Shown here in pieces: positions 27,349 through 37,900 of a DNA stretch of 64,000 nt. Numbering within the stretch: position 1 is the stretch's first letter; every line of letters starts with the position of its first letter. The translations under genes were made by a program, and so were the position numbers. Location of the stretch: positions 22,217 through 86,216 of IMG/VR virus record IMGVR_UViG_3300021373_002787; one strand, 5' to 3'. The notes under the pieces are model-generated. The model was not told where the DNA came from. It did not search any database and worked only from the letters and a program-made list of their open reading frames with translations. The DNA comes from a virus.

Positions 27349-28240
27349 CTAGGAAAGAGTCTAGATCGTCATCACTTGAAACTTCAGTGGTTGAAGATTC
27401 TGTACCCGCAGTTTCTGCAACTTTTTCTTTCTTAGGAGCAGCTTTCTTAGCCTCTTTTTTAGGAGCTGAAGAAGTTACTTCAGAAATTGCATCACCTGGA
27501 TTTAGGTACATCTTCAATACACCATTTACAAAGTCTCTTGTTTCACCGTCCCATGCTTTGTATTCATAAGATGTGAGTGAAGGTGCGTTTTCTAGCTCTT
27601 CTTTGATCGCTGCCATCGATTCCTTTGTGCGTTCTGCTGGAGAACCCGAAACATCGATTGCTGAACGAGATGAAGAGAACTTCGACTTGTCATAGTTATT
27701 GTATTCACCTTGACGGGTAATGATTAACTCAAAGTTCTTTCCTTCAAATAGATCGAATACTTGAGTTGGTTCGCCAAAGTCTGGTTTTAGTTCTGCGTCA
27801 ATCTTCTCTTTGATCTTGTAACCGAACTTGTAAATCATGTAAGTTCCTTCCAAGTCTGGATTTTGTGGATCCTTAATAATCTTGATTAGAGAATAGTATT
27901 GTTGACGTCTCTTAAGTTTTTCTGATGCTTTACGGTCAACTGCTGAATCAGAGTTGCGAAGCTTCCAGAATACGTCTGCGATTGGGCATTTTTCACCAAT
28001 TGAAGATGGTGAGTCAACCAATTTACCGTCACCGTTTGAGTCTGTCAACCAGTGAACGTATTTTTGAACTAGAGAATTACGAGGATTCTCAGGGTTTGGA
28101 ACGAAGCGGATTAGCGCTTTGTAAGTTCCGTCTTTTCCATCGTCAGCTGTTGGTTTGTAAACCTCACTAACGGAGTTTGTTGTGGGCTGATGCGTTTCTA
28201 CGTCTTCTACGCCCAAATTAAAAATGTCAAAATCTGCCAT
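27332..28240 (-). CDS. Single-stranded DNA-binding protein (gp32-like)
   Basis: ALIRFVP, CPI, YKFGYKI, FDLFEGKNF, NNYDKSKF; acidic tail DDDLDSFLDDLDI. Confidence 0.9.
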   Translation of the reverse strand: MADFDIFNLGVEDVETHQPTTNSVSEVYKPTADDGKDGTYKALIRFVPNPENPRNSLVQKYVHWLTDSNGDGKLVDSPSSIGEKCPIADVFWKLRNSDSAVDRKASEKLKRRQQYYSLIKIIKDPQNPDLEGTYMIYKFGYKIKEKIDAELKPDFGEPTQVFDLFEGKNFELIITRQGEYNNYDKSKFSSSRSAIDVSGSPAERTKESMAAIKEELENAPSLTSYEYKAWDGETRDFVNGVLKMYLNPGDAISEVTSSAPKKEAKKAAPKKEKVAETAGTESSTTEVSSDDDLDSFLDDLDI

Positions 28241-28282
28241 GTCTTTAATTTACCTTTAATTTTTGTTAAACTTTAATAGTAC

Positions 28283-28309
28283 TTATATTACTTAAAATGA
28301 CAATGTTTC
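28283..28309 (-). promoter_or_regulatory. Putative GAAAC-N17-TATAA promoter upstream of the SSB gene
   Basis: TGAAAC-attgtcattttaagtaa-TATAA. Confidence 0.72.
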
Positions 28310-28432
28310 AAATTCAGCTAAAACATCCTACTAATTCTATGTTACCTACGCGGTCGACGTTACTCCTAATTGAGTCTACTTTGTGATTAGTAAGAATGAA
28401 TTAAGACAAAATAAGTTATCCATCATCATAGT

Positions 28433-28459
28433 TTATATATCTCACGTAACATAAGTTTC
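28433..28459 (-). promoter_or_regulatory. Putative GAAAC-N17-TATAA promoter overlapping a GATATATA box
   Basis: TGAAAC-ttatgttacgtgagata-TATAA. Confidence 0.65.
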
Positions 28460-28547
28460 AATGTTGCTTGAAAACTTTTTTACTTATTTTTGAAACAAAA
28501 TAGAGATGCTTGCATAAAACCTTTAAGTTCTTGAAGGAGAGATAAGG

Positions 28548-29201
28548 TTACTTGGACTGCGGAAGGGAAATCATGGCTGCGAGGAAAAAAGCGTCTACCA
28601 AATCATCAATAGGCTTAGGAATCTTTTTCCCAAAGTCCTGACTCTTGATCCACTCATAAAAAGGACTCTTCTCTAGATTTTCGTCCCCTATCCCATTATT
28701 AAAAAAGACCTCAAAGAGCTGACTCTTGTTCATGTTACCTTTCCCAGCGAATTTCTTAATCGTAGTAGGCGCGACTGTCATTAGGTCTTCTGGCATGAGA
28801 GTCTTTAAAAGTTTTAGCTTAAGGATAGCGGCACCAGCCGCCATATCGATCATATTATTAGTGCCCATCTTAGATCCATAGCTGGTCCCCTCAAAGGCAA
28901 TTGTAAATCCATCACCTTTAAAACTTTCCTGTAAAACTAAATTGATAATGTCATCAGCCATTCGATCATATCTCTTGATCTTTGCTAATTCAACACTTGA
29001 GAATTCCTCCTCTTTACTAAAATCAGGTTGGCTAACAAGAGTCACGTCTTTTAATAGACTCATCTCTTCTTGAAGTTTTTGATCCTTCTTTGTACCGGTA
29101 CCCGGCTTCATATATGAAATGAAGTGGTACTTTTTACTCTTATCATTATAGAGACAAACTCCTGGAGAATTTAAAGAAAAGTCAACTGCTAGGTAATTCA
29201 T
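28548..29201 (-). CDS. RuvC-like Holliday junction resolvase
   Basis: LAVDFSLNSPG, AFEGTSY, PTTIKKFAGKGNMNK, DDLVDAF. Confidence 0.85.
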   Translation of the reverse strand: MNYLAVDFSLNSPGVCLYNDKSKKYHFISYMKPGTGTKKDQKLQEEMSLLKDVTLVSQPDFSKEEEFSSVELAKIKRYDRMADDIINLVLQESFKGDGFTIAFEGTSYGSKMGTNNMIDMAAGAAILKLKLLKTLMPEDLMTVAPTTIKKFAGKGNMNKSQLFEVFFNNGIGDENLEKSPFYEWIKSQDFGKKIPKPIDDLVDAFFLAAMISLPQSK

Positions 29202-29582
29202 TTAGATTCTTTTACCAAGTGCAGATCCCAATGCGGCACCTACTAACCTTGAAGTTAATAAATCATATAGAATTCCCTTTTGAATCCCAAGAACTTTAGC
29301 GACCATCTTACCTACTGTTTTACCAAGTGCAAATCCAGCTAAACCACCAAAAATAGAACCTAACATACCTTCATTAGTTACCTCTTCATTAAATCTATTA
29401 ATGTCTAGTTCTCCATTCTCGTTTGAGTATTCTATTATAAATTCTTCTAGAGCTGCATCTACCTTAGCCTCTAACTCGTCGGTCCATTCCTCTTGTAAAC
29501 CTTCTGTCAAGATTCTCAAATCTTCTTCTGTAACATGCTGTTCAGTAAGGTACTCGTTAAATGTTTTAATTGTATTGCTCAT
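29202..29582 (-). CDS. Leader-variant protein with a C-terminal glycine-zipper segment
   Basis: MSNTIKTFNEYLTE; acidic N-half; GMLGSIFGGLAGFALG...GAALGSALG. Confidence 0.7.
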   Translation of the reverse strand: MSNTIKTFNEYLTEQHVTEEDLRILTEGLQEEWTDELEAKVDAALEEFIIEYSNENGELDINRFNEEVTNEGMLGSIFGGLAGFALGKTVGKMVAKVLGIQKGILYDLLTSRLVGAALGSALGKRI

Positions 29583-29589
29583 AATTTAG

Positions 29590-30141
29590 TTATTGTATTT
29601 CTAACTCTATATTTATCTTATTATAAAAGAACGTTACTTCAAACGTACTAAAATCTGCGACATTCTCACTCATGTTAAGGTTTAACTCATTGATCGAGTT
29701 CATGATTGGGTTCTCAAACTTAAAATATGCAACACTTGCGCCTTCAGCATCTAAAACCCTTAGAGTCAAGTCCTGTGTATATGGCTCTTCAGTTGATCTT
29801 GCGTAATAATACAAGAGAGTGTCTTGCATAATCCAATAATTAATGAAGCCATCGAGAAGTTGCATCGTTACGGTAAACTGTCTCTCTACCGTGTTTTGGA
29901 TTGGAATAGCACCTCTATGGTATCTAATCGTACCATCACTATCTTGTTGGGTTACAGGGTCGAAACTCATTCCAGGTACATTTAGTCCTTGGATTGAATA
30001 ATTTATAAAGTCAATCGGTTCTGCAAGAAGATTACCTGGAATTTTTTCCAAATATTTCTTATACTTGTTTGCAACCTCTTCCGGAATAAACTTTCTTGGA
30101 AACCTAAAGTCGTATGTATTATTTCTACTATTTAAAATCAT
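29590..30141 (-). CDS. Tail tube-like or tail completion protein
   Basis: 183 aa; SIQGLNVPG and TFEVTFFY pattern of the tube fold; last gene of the structural block. Confidence 0.5.
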   Translation of the reverse strand: MILNSRNNTYDFRFPRKFIPEEVANKYKKYLEKIPGNLLAEPIDFINYSIQGLNVPGMSFDPVTQQDSDGTIRYHRGAIPIQNTVERQFTVTMQLLDGFINYWIMQDTLLYYYARSTEEPYTQDLTLRVLDAEGASVAYFKFENPIMNSINELNLNMSENVADFSTFEVTFFYNKINIELEIQ

Positions 30142-32225
30142 TACTCAACTGTAAAGTTACCTTTGATGACCGCGGTTTCTTCGCTACCATTATCAAGTCC
30201 GATATAGAATTTTCTTGCTGTCATTCCTCTAACTTCAGCCGCATTTCCCTCATCGACTCTAAACAGAATTTCTCCTGCGCTCATATCAATATCTTTATTC
30301 GGAATATGATTAAACCTTTTACGAACTTTTCCATCTACAAAGTTGAGCGTCATATTTTCTGCTGAAGTAAAGTCAAGCATTTCAAAGTCGTCTCCATTCT
30401 TTTTAGCGATTTTAAACTTAAAGTATGTTGTCATTGGATAGATTCCAATTTCTAACTTGTCTGAAGTTAAAAAGTTAGGACTATCAAAATATCTATCGTT
30501 TACTGCAGCAAGGTCACCAATGTCATTTACTGAACTTTCAGCAGGGTTAGCGACTGCAACTACATTATATCTTTCAACAAAAGTCTTAACATTCTTAGTT
30601 GTTCTTGGAATAGTTGCAGCAATTGCGTCTCTAACGCTTCTATTTCCAGACAGGTTTGGTAGAGTATTGAATACCTCGGTAATTGTATTACTACCTGAAA
30701 TATTTACACCTCCTAAGAATTTTCCGTATTTTGGAGCCTGGTTTACGGTTAAACTTGCTCTTTTAACGATTTGTGTATTATCAGTCTCATTATAAATTCT
30801 CATCGTTACATCGATTGAGAAGTTAACTGCAACATTTGCATTTTGAATTACTGGACGGTATAAAATTGGTGTGTCAAAATCTTCTGCTTGCGTAAATGTA
30901 GTATCAAACGTCTTGATTTGATTTAAACCAACTTGCTCATACGTCTCAACCTCATATAAAACGACAATATCGTCAGAACTTGTATTGATTCTATTTAAGA
31001 TATATGCCTCAAATGCACTTGCACTTCCATCTCTTTCTCCATAAATTTTAAAGTAATCTCCATCTTCAGCATCTTCTACAACAACAGTAAAGTCTTGGAA
31101 TTCATCTTCTCTTGCGATTGTAAACGCATTTTCTTCTCCTAAATGAATATAGTCAAATCCTGATTCAGTCGATATTCTATCAATCAGTGTAAATCTAATC
31201 CCATAGTTAGATGTTGGGTCAAGATTGGAACTTCCTGCGGTCCCATCGCCAAAAAAGAAATCATTAAATTCAGGGTTCTGATTGCCAATAACCGTTGGAA
31301 CTTTAATTTCAATAAATTTAGCAAAAAGAGTTTCACCCAAAACAAATGGCTTTGGATTTGAAATCTCATAATTACTTTGATTTAAGTAGACTAATTGAGT
31401 TAAATTATTCTGAACACCACCGGTTCTATCAGCTAGAACTTGGAATAAAAATCCTTCATATCCTCTAGCAGCAAAATTATAACCGCTTCTTAAATGTAGT
31501 CTTATTTTATCGTATCGAATAAAGTTAATCGCAGTATATGCAGCAGCTTGCGATGTTATTAAATCAGCCTCATCTCCACCCGTCCAACTATCATTATTGT
31601 TTATATAGTTGAATTGGTCATATGCTCCAGTAGAATCATATCCAAGTAGTGCCCATTTTGTAGCGTCTGCTGGTGTTTTTACCGCATGAAATCTACCTCT
31701 TAATTGGTTAATGTCGTTTCCAGTGTCCTCATCTGGTGTAGAAAAAAGTGGATTTGCCTTCTCAGAAACATTTATAACTCCTCCTTTCAGTAATATCGAA
31801 GTATCATTATATTCATATGCTACTGTACCGACACCATTAGGGATAAACGTACATACTTGAGTGGCTGGAGAATACGTACATATTCCAAGATTCCCAGTAA
31901 TTACAAATTTAGTTGGATCTGGAAGAGCACTTAAATCAAACTTATATGATTTTCCAACCTGTAAAAGTAACTTTCTAGCCGCAAAACCTTCAATTGCTAA
32001 ATATCCAGCGCTATAGGTAACGTCAAAGTTAACTACATCTCCACCAAGCTCGTGAATTAGATGCCTCTTCGAAAACGAATCACCATCGACAGTATCAAGA
32101 ACTTTGATCTCGCTGCCGTTATCGTCAACCTCAATATCGTATAGAGTTGGGTTTGACTGATCGTGATAGATGAATTCTAAAAGAACATCTTCATCGATTC
32201 TAAAGTATGTTGATGATTGCGCCAT
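30141..32225 (-). CDS. Putative virion structural protein
   Basis: 694 aa, beta-rich, in the tail module. Confidence 0.55.
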   Translation of the reverse strand: MAQSSTYFRIDEDVLLEFIYHDQSNPTLYDIEVDDNGSEIKVLDTVDGDSFSKRHLIHELGGDVVNFDVTYSAGYLAIEGFAARKLLLQVGKSYKFDLSALPDPTKFVITGNLGICTYSPATQVCTFIPNGVGTVAYEYNDTSILLKGGVINVSEKANPLFSTPDEDTGNDINQLRGRFHAVKTPADATKWALLGYDSTGAYDQFNYINNNDSWTGGDEADLITSQAAAYTAINFIRYDKIRLHLRSGYNFAARGYEGFLFQVLADRTGGVQNNLTQLVYLNQSNYEISNPKPFVLGETLFAKFIEIKVPTVIGNQNPEFNDFFFGDGTAGSSNLDPTSNYGIRFTLIDRISTESGFDYIHLGEENAFTIAREDEFQDFTVVVEDAEDGDYFKIYGERDGSASAFEAYILNRINTSSDDIVVLYEVETYEQVGLNQIKTFDTTFTQAEDFDTPILYRPVIQNANVAVNFSIDVTMRIYNETDNTQIVKRASLTVNQAPKYGKFLGGVNISGSNTITEVFNTLPNLSGNRSVRDAIAATIPRTTKNVKTFVERYNVVAVANPAESSVNDIGDLAAVNDRYFDSPNFLTSDKLEIGIYPMTTYFKFKIAKKNGDDFEMLDFTSAENMTLNFVDGKVRKRFNHIPNKDIDMSAGEILFRVDEGNAAEVRGMTARKFYIGLDNGSEETAVIKGNFTVE

Positions 32226-32226
32226 A

Positions 32227-33060
32227 TTAAAATCTTAACCATTTTGGAGACCAATATAGACCAACATTAATTGATGGTCCAAAGACAACATTTGAAGATG
32301 ATGGATCATAATTTAAACCATATCCAATCCCCATTCCAATGTTGAATCCTCCTGTTTTATCTATCTTATTTTCTTTATTCAACCTATCGTTAATCAAATT
32401 AATATTCTCAATCCCAGTAATGGTCATTCCTGGATAAGAACTTGAAATTTTAAGCACGTCTCTTCCTTCACTTTCAGCAATCGCCGCTCTTAGTGATAGA
32501 GTTTGAGCGATTGATAAATTTACTGGAGAACTATAAAATCCTTTCGATACCGTGTCATAAGTTACCGTTAGGTCTCCAATAACACTGCGAGTATTTCCAG
32601 AACCAAAGTCGTCCTTTTTCGTAAAGTCAATTTTACTAGTTAAATCGTTAATTGATGTAACTGATGTAAGAGCCAATAAACTGTCTTTAACCTTTATCTC
32701 TGCAGAAAGAAGTGAGTTAACTCCAATTAAGTCTCTATTTAGTCCAAGTACTCGAACGTATTTATTATTGATGTCAATATTTGTCTTCTCTAAATCGCTC
32801 AACTGAAATTCAAAGCTTGAGATTTTAGCAACTTTATCACCGAGTTCGTTTTCAAAGTATTCAATAGAATCTTTTGCTGCCAGGTAATTATTAAAATTGG
32901 TTGCTGAAACCTCTTTCTGAAATTGTAAGTCCTCTTTTAGATTCGAGATAGTATTACATTGTCTCATCATAAAGAGCATAAGAATTGCTCCTCCGATAAA
33001 AGCAAGTGTCTTTGTATCAAGATTCTTTAGAAAGCTGTATATTTTAAGTAAATAGTTCAT
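32227..33060 (-). CDS. Membrane-anchored coiled-coil protein, possibly spanin-like
   Basis: N-terminal hydrophobic segment then RQC, coiled coil, and C-terminal amphipathic beta strands ending WLRF. Confidence 0.5.
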   Translation of the reverse strand: MNYLLKIYSFLKNLDTKTLAFIGGAILMLFMMRQCNTISNLKEDLQFQKEVSATNFNNYLAAKDSIEYFENELGDKVAKISSFEFQLSDLEKTNIDINNKYVRVLGLNRDLIGVNSLLSAEIKVKDSLLALTSVTSINDLTSKIDFTKKDDFGSGNTRSVIGDLTVTYDTVSKGFYSSPVNLSIAQTLSLRAAIAESEGRDVLKISSSYPGMTITGIENINLINDRLNKENKIDKTGGFNIGMGIGYGLNYDPSSSNVVFGPSINVGLYWSPKWLRF

Positions 33061-33074
33061 TTATTTAGTTTATA

Positions 33075-34961
33075 TTAAGCGCCTTGAAATTGCTGTACTC
33101 CACCTCCGGTAGAATATGTTGTTCTACCAGTATTAACTATCGTTGGCATATTAAAGCTAAACGCTATCTCCATCGGCGTTGCTGTTGTACTAGCAAGTCT
33201 ATTAATTTGACCAGGAGAAAGAGACTTTTTCCTCATTTCTAAGTCTGTTGCAGTACCACTAGTTGCTACATTTTGTTGTATAAAATATAGTTTAATAAAG
33301 CCTTTACCAGGCGGAATCAGTCCAAATATTTCAACATTTTGATATTCTTTAACATGTTGAGTAGCCGAAGTGTGTGTATTTATATCAACTCCCCATATTT
33401 TAACATCAACTAAAATATCTGAGTCGCTACTATTTATGAATGGGAATTGAGATGCATTTGAACTATCTCCACCGTTTTCTCCTAAGCCAATAATCAAAGT
33501 ATCGTTAGTATCATCTGCGTTTGCATTATTAGGAAAAGTTGCAGGTAGCTGAATTTGATAATAACCATTGACAAACACCTGATGTCCTATCTTAGTATAT
33601 GTTACTTTAGTATCGCTCTCTTTTACAAATTCCCCGGAACCTGTTCCTTGATTAAACCAAATTGGAGTTAATCCATCAGCATTAGCATATCCAAAAACCC
33701 AAGCATCTCCACTGGTTGCGGCTGGAGAATAAGAATCCATATAGAAGTAGTCGTTCAAGTTCCTCGTTGATTCAGCCGAATTATAACTTGGAGAAGAATA
33801 TTGAGCTTGATTATTTGGTGGAAGAGAATTTGGTTGTAAACTTCCAGCAGGATAAATTACCCCTTCATCATTTCCAAGAATATAAATATCATGTCCGCTA
33901 TCTACTCTAACATCTTGATACACATCAACCGCCGTATTACTCGTCTTAATTACATCACTTCCAGTAGTGTCCTTAATCTTTACCTCAGTACTTGAAACAC
34001 TGACCATCTTATTTCCTTGAGTAACAAGGTTAATTTTAAGCCCCTCACTATCCGCATAGTCATTATCTTGCTCTACTGAAACATAGACTGTCTTTTGTGC
34101 ATTTGAAAGTCTTTGAAAATCTCTCCAAGTTCCAGTATAACCTTCAAATTTACCAGTCGTACTGTTATATCTCATCATCCCAGTTGCTGGGGTAAATATT
34201 GATGGATCTCTCTGTGCTGTTGTTCCAACTGGAGCCTTTAAATAACTAGTTGAATTAACGGAAACATAATCAGCAAAATTAGCAGCTCCTGTCACATCAA
34301 GATAACCTGAAATGTCAGCTCCATCGTTATGTATGTTAGTAACTCCATTTCCAGTAACTTCCACGTCACCAGCTGCATCGATATTAACATTTCCATCTGA
34401 TGAAATACTGATTAGTTTTGCATTTATTAGAATTTCAGTATCTGTTGCTTGACCCTCTGGTTGAATAATCCACTTAGTTGCAGGGCTTTGGCCAACTCCA
34501 GCCTCTCCTCTAATCGATAGATTATCAGTACCTGACGAAGGAATCCATTTTTGATTGTAAAAGTATGAATCAGCATATACGGTCAACTGTGCTGAAGGGT
34601 CTAATTCTCCATCAGCATTACCTTCATCATACGCAATATCGCCAATAATAACCGCAGCCTGATCGTCTCCTGTGTTATTTTTAGGTTTTATAACCCATGA
34701 AGTTATACCCTGTGTTGTGCTTGAATATCTTTCCCAGTAATTTGTTGAGGTTCCAGTAGCTCCTTTTTCACCAAGGTCTCCCTTTTCTCCTTTATCTCCT
34801 GTTGTTCCAACAATTCCAGTTGGACCAACAGATCCCTTATCACCTTTAGGACCCTCTTTACCGCCAGTCGCGATAATTTGGTCAAAGTTATAATTAACCT
34901 TTTCCCATTTGATCGAATCACTGTCACTTGGATATAGTATTTCTTGAATATTAATCGGCAT
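33075..34961 (-). CDS. Tail fibre-like protein with collagen repeats
   Basis: About 12 Gly-X-Y triplets; PVGTTAQR...GMMRYNSTTGKFEGY fibre motif. Confidence 0.75.
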   Translation of the reverse strand: MPINIQEILYPSDSDSIKWEKVNYNFDQIIATGGKEGPKGDKGSVGPTGIVGTTGDKGEKGDLGEKGATGTSTNYWERYSSTTQGITSWVIKPKNNTGDDQAAVIIGDIAYDEGNADGELDPSAQLTVYADSYFYNQKWIPSSGTDNLSIRGEAGVGQSPATKWIIQPEGQATDTEILINAKLISISSDGNVNIDAAGDVEVTGNGVTNIHNDGADISGYLDVTGAANFADYVSVNSTSYLKAPVGTTAQRDPSIFTPATGMMRYNSTTGKFEGYTGTWRDFQRLSNAQKTVYVSVEQDNDYADSEGLKINLVTQGNKMVSVSSTEVKIKDTTGSDVIKTSNTAVDVYQDVRVDSGHDIYILGNDEGVIYPAGSLQPNSLPPNNQAQYSSPSYNSAESTRNLNDYFYMDSYSPAATSGDAWVFGYANADGLTPIWFNQGTGSGEFVKESDTKVTYTKIGHQVFVNGYYQIQLPATFPNNANADDTNDTLIIGLGENGGDSSNASQFPFINSSDSDILVDVKIWGVDINTHTSATQHVKEYQNVEIFGLIPPGKGFIKLYFIQQNVATSGTATDLEMRKKSLSPGQINRLASTTATPMEIAFSFNMPTIVNTGRTTYSTGGGVQQFQGA

Positions 34962-34962
34962 T

Positions 34963-37900
34963 TTACGATTGTATTTTTATCAGGGCTCTTATGCTATAAG
35001 AATAACCTAGCTTTTTGTTATATATTAACCTAAAATTAAGTGACTTTTTACCATGAACCTCATATGTGAAGTTATTGTCATTTTCATACCCACCATTATC
35101 GATTAAATCAATTGACGCTGATGAAACGACCTCAGAACCCGATCCCTTAAATTTGTTTGTGTAAATATCGATGCTATCAATATTATAGAGAGGAACCATA
35201 TTATCAAGAGCATACAATATCGCATCGTCTTCAACCGTTTCTTTGTCTCCGGCTGAATTAGCAGGGTCAACAAATTTTTCTATTGTCGCGCTTAATCCGT
35301 CCTCTCCAATTATCTTTGCAATTAAGTCATCCAAATAGAAGTCAGCAAGTATTACATCTTTATCCTCGAAGAACACTACGTCTGTTGTATTGTTTGACTT
35401 AAGCTTGATTCCATCGAGCGTAGTCTCAGAATTAACAGAAGATGTTGTAAATTCATAGATTGCGTAAGAAGGTTTCGTCTTTACAGCAGAAGAACCTAAG
35501 TAAGATTTCTCTTCAAGAGTTGATATTGTTCCTGGAACGCTTTCAACTCCTCCACCATTTAGAGATCTTGTATAATATCCAGCCTCCCATGAAGACTTAA
35601 AGACGTTTACATCTTTCTTATCAATCGCAACCTCTCCAATTAGAGGGTACTGCGGAAGATACTCACTACTTTCTGACAATTTAGTTACTGAAAGAGTATT
35701 AATCTCATTAACCTTGTGGTAGAAGTGATTCTTAATCATTCCCCAATCTTTATCATGTTCTCCTCCATCACTAATAAATCCAAGATTGAAAGCAACTCCA
35801 AGTCTATTAAATTTATTATAGAACGCAAGAGACTTATAAATATCATAGGTTGAAGAAATTCTCATTTTATAGTAGGGCTCTTTCAGCGATCTATTAAATG
35901 GCTCATAGTCCTTTTGGTTTCTTAAAACCTTGTTAAAACTATAGATGTCGGTAAATGTAACAACTGGTTTTAAACCAACCGTGTAATTTCCGTTATGTCT
36001 AATTAGGAAAGGATAGTATGGATTTTGGCTTACAATATCATATCCAATTGTTTGTTTGCTAAGCTTAAACGACTTTGGTCTGTTTACATCATCAACTGCA
36101 ACCAACGTAGATTCTTTAACAATTTCATTACCATCGTCTAAGCCTACTGCATACTGGTTAGTTAGACTTGTTCCATTCTCAGAAATAGTAGTAAATGTTA
36201 CCTCTCCAGGGTTATTATTAACTAAATTGCTAAAGTAATTAGCCGAAAGCTGGTTAAATAGAACCTCATATGCGTTAACACCACCTCCAATATATGTGTA
36301 TGTTGCTGCTGTCTGAACAGAGTAAGGTATTGCTAATGGGTTTAGGTTAACTTTTAACCCAGTGTTTGCATCTGTATAATATGGCGGGCCTGAAATTTGT
36401 AGTTGCTCATTCCCTAAGACACTTACAACATCAATAAAGACATCTTCACCATTTGGCGTATAGTTTTGACCATAATCTATCTTAATTCTTCCAAATGTAC
36501 CATCTCTTCCTGGGGCTATTTGTTGGTCAAATCTAGATACCGTTCCGTTATTGTGGGGTATTCCAGTAGCAACATAAGGACCCGGTTGGTTAAATTGAAT
36601 ATTTGTTACATCAATCGCACCATCAATTTCAACATCAGCATATACATAAATTGGGTTACCACTTGTATCAAATGAGCTTACAATTCTATGTTGAAGCTCG
36701 TACATGTATTTTCTATTAATATAATTAACAAACGAATCATCAATATTAATATCAATCATCAAGATTATAAACTTAAACTTATCGTTCTTGATAAACTCAT
36801 AATCTATTGAATTGGTTCCAGAGTTAGTTCTTGTCTTAGCTAGAACCGAGAATCTATAACCATTAAAATCAGAGTTCTTCACAAACTCTGTTGCAACTAT
36901 AGACTGGTCCTCTTTTCTCTTTTTAAACGTGAATTTTAACCCTTTAAATATTGTAGAACTAAAATCAACATCAGAACCTCCATCAATTAGAGTATATTTC
37001 TTGGTTAGATTTGCTTTAGACCAGAAAATTGGATTGTATAAAACTCCTCCATCATTAATAAATGTTGAAGTTTCCGTTCCTTCTCCAACCATGAATCTAT
37101 CAAAGTAATCATATTGAGTTGATTCAAATAGAGACTTTGTTATTTCAAAATCATTAACAAAATTAATGTAGCTGAATCCTTTGTTAAAGTCGTCTGAATA
37201 CGCACCAATGTTTCCAGAATTTACAGTATCTGGCATAAAGTAAGTCGGCCAATTATCAATATAGAACCACTCATGTGTAAATGACCCAGGTTCTCTTCCC
37301 TCTTTTGTTATATCAGGAGAGAAATTAGTTCTACCAAAGGCCTCGTTTGTGTTCAAATGATATGGTTCTTCTCTAACTGTAGTTCCATCTTTTAGAACCC
37401 ATTTATTAATCGTAGGAACAACTCTTGAATCGGTTGATTTTTCCTTTGTGTAATTTTCTTTAAGTCTATCATACTCACTGTAGATCTTCTCAGTCTCAAC
37501 TGTTTTAGAGTCTTCATTCTTTAACAGTGGTAATAGATTTCCAAAATAGTCTATTGGATCGTTTCCAAATTCAGGAGATATAATTTCATTCTTAGAGTCC
37601 TCAAGAGTTCCAACACCAAGAGTTACGGCTGGATCATTTGAATCTACCTGTGGCTGATATGTCACATTGGTTGAATTCTCAAGATCTAGCTCTTTTAGGT
37701 CTGAATTTGAAGTACTATAAAAGTCAAAGTCCATATCATACATATCATATGCTGAGAATAGACCTAATGTAACTCTATTGTTTGCAAAGATATTATAGTC
37801 TCTGGTTTTTAGAGCATTCTTATCTTTCAATACTAATTTTTTATATGTTCCATTTCTATTGGTCGTGTCATCGGAAATGTGTATCACTTGATTGTAAACT

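Noticed and set aside
28491-28520. Plus-strand TGAAAC...CATAAA promoter-like site
   Set aside because: Spacing and -10 sequence do not match the GAAAC-N17-TATAA consensus, and no plus-strand gene follows.
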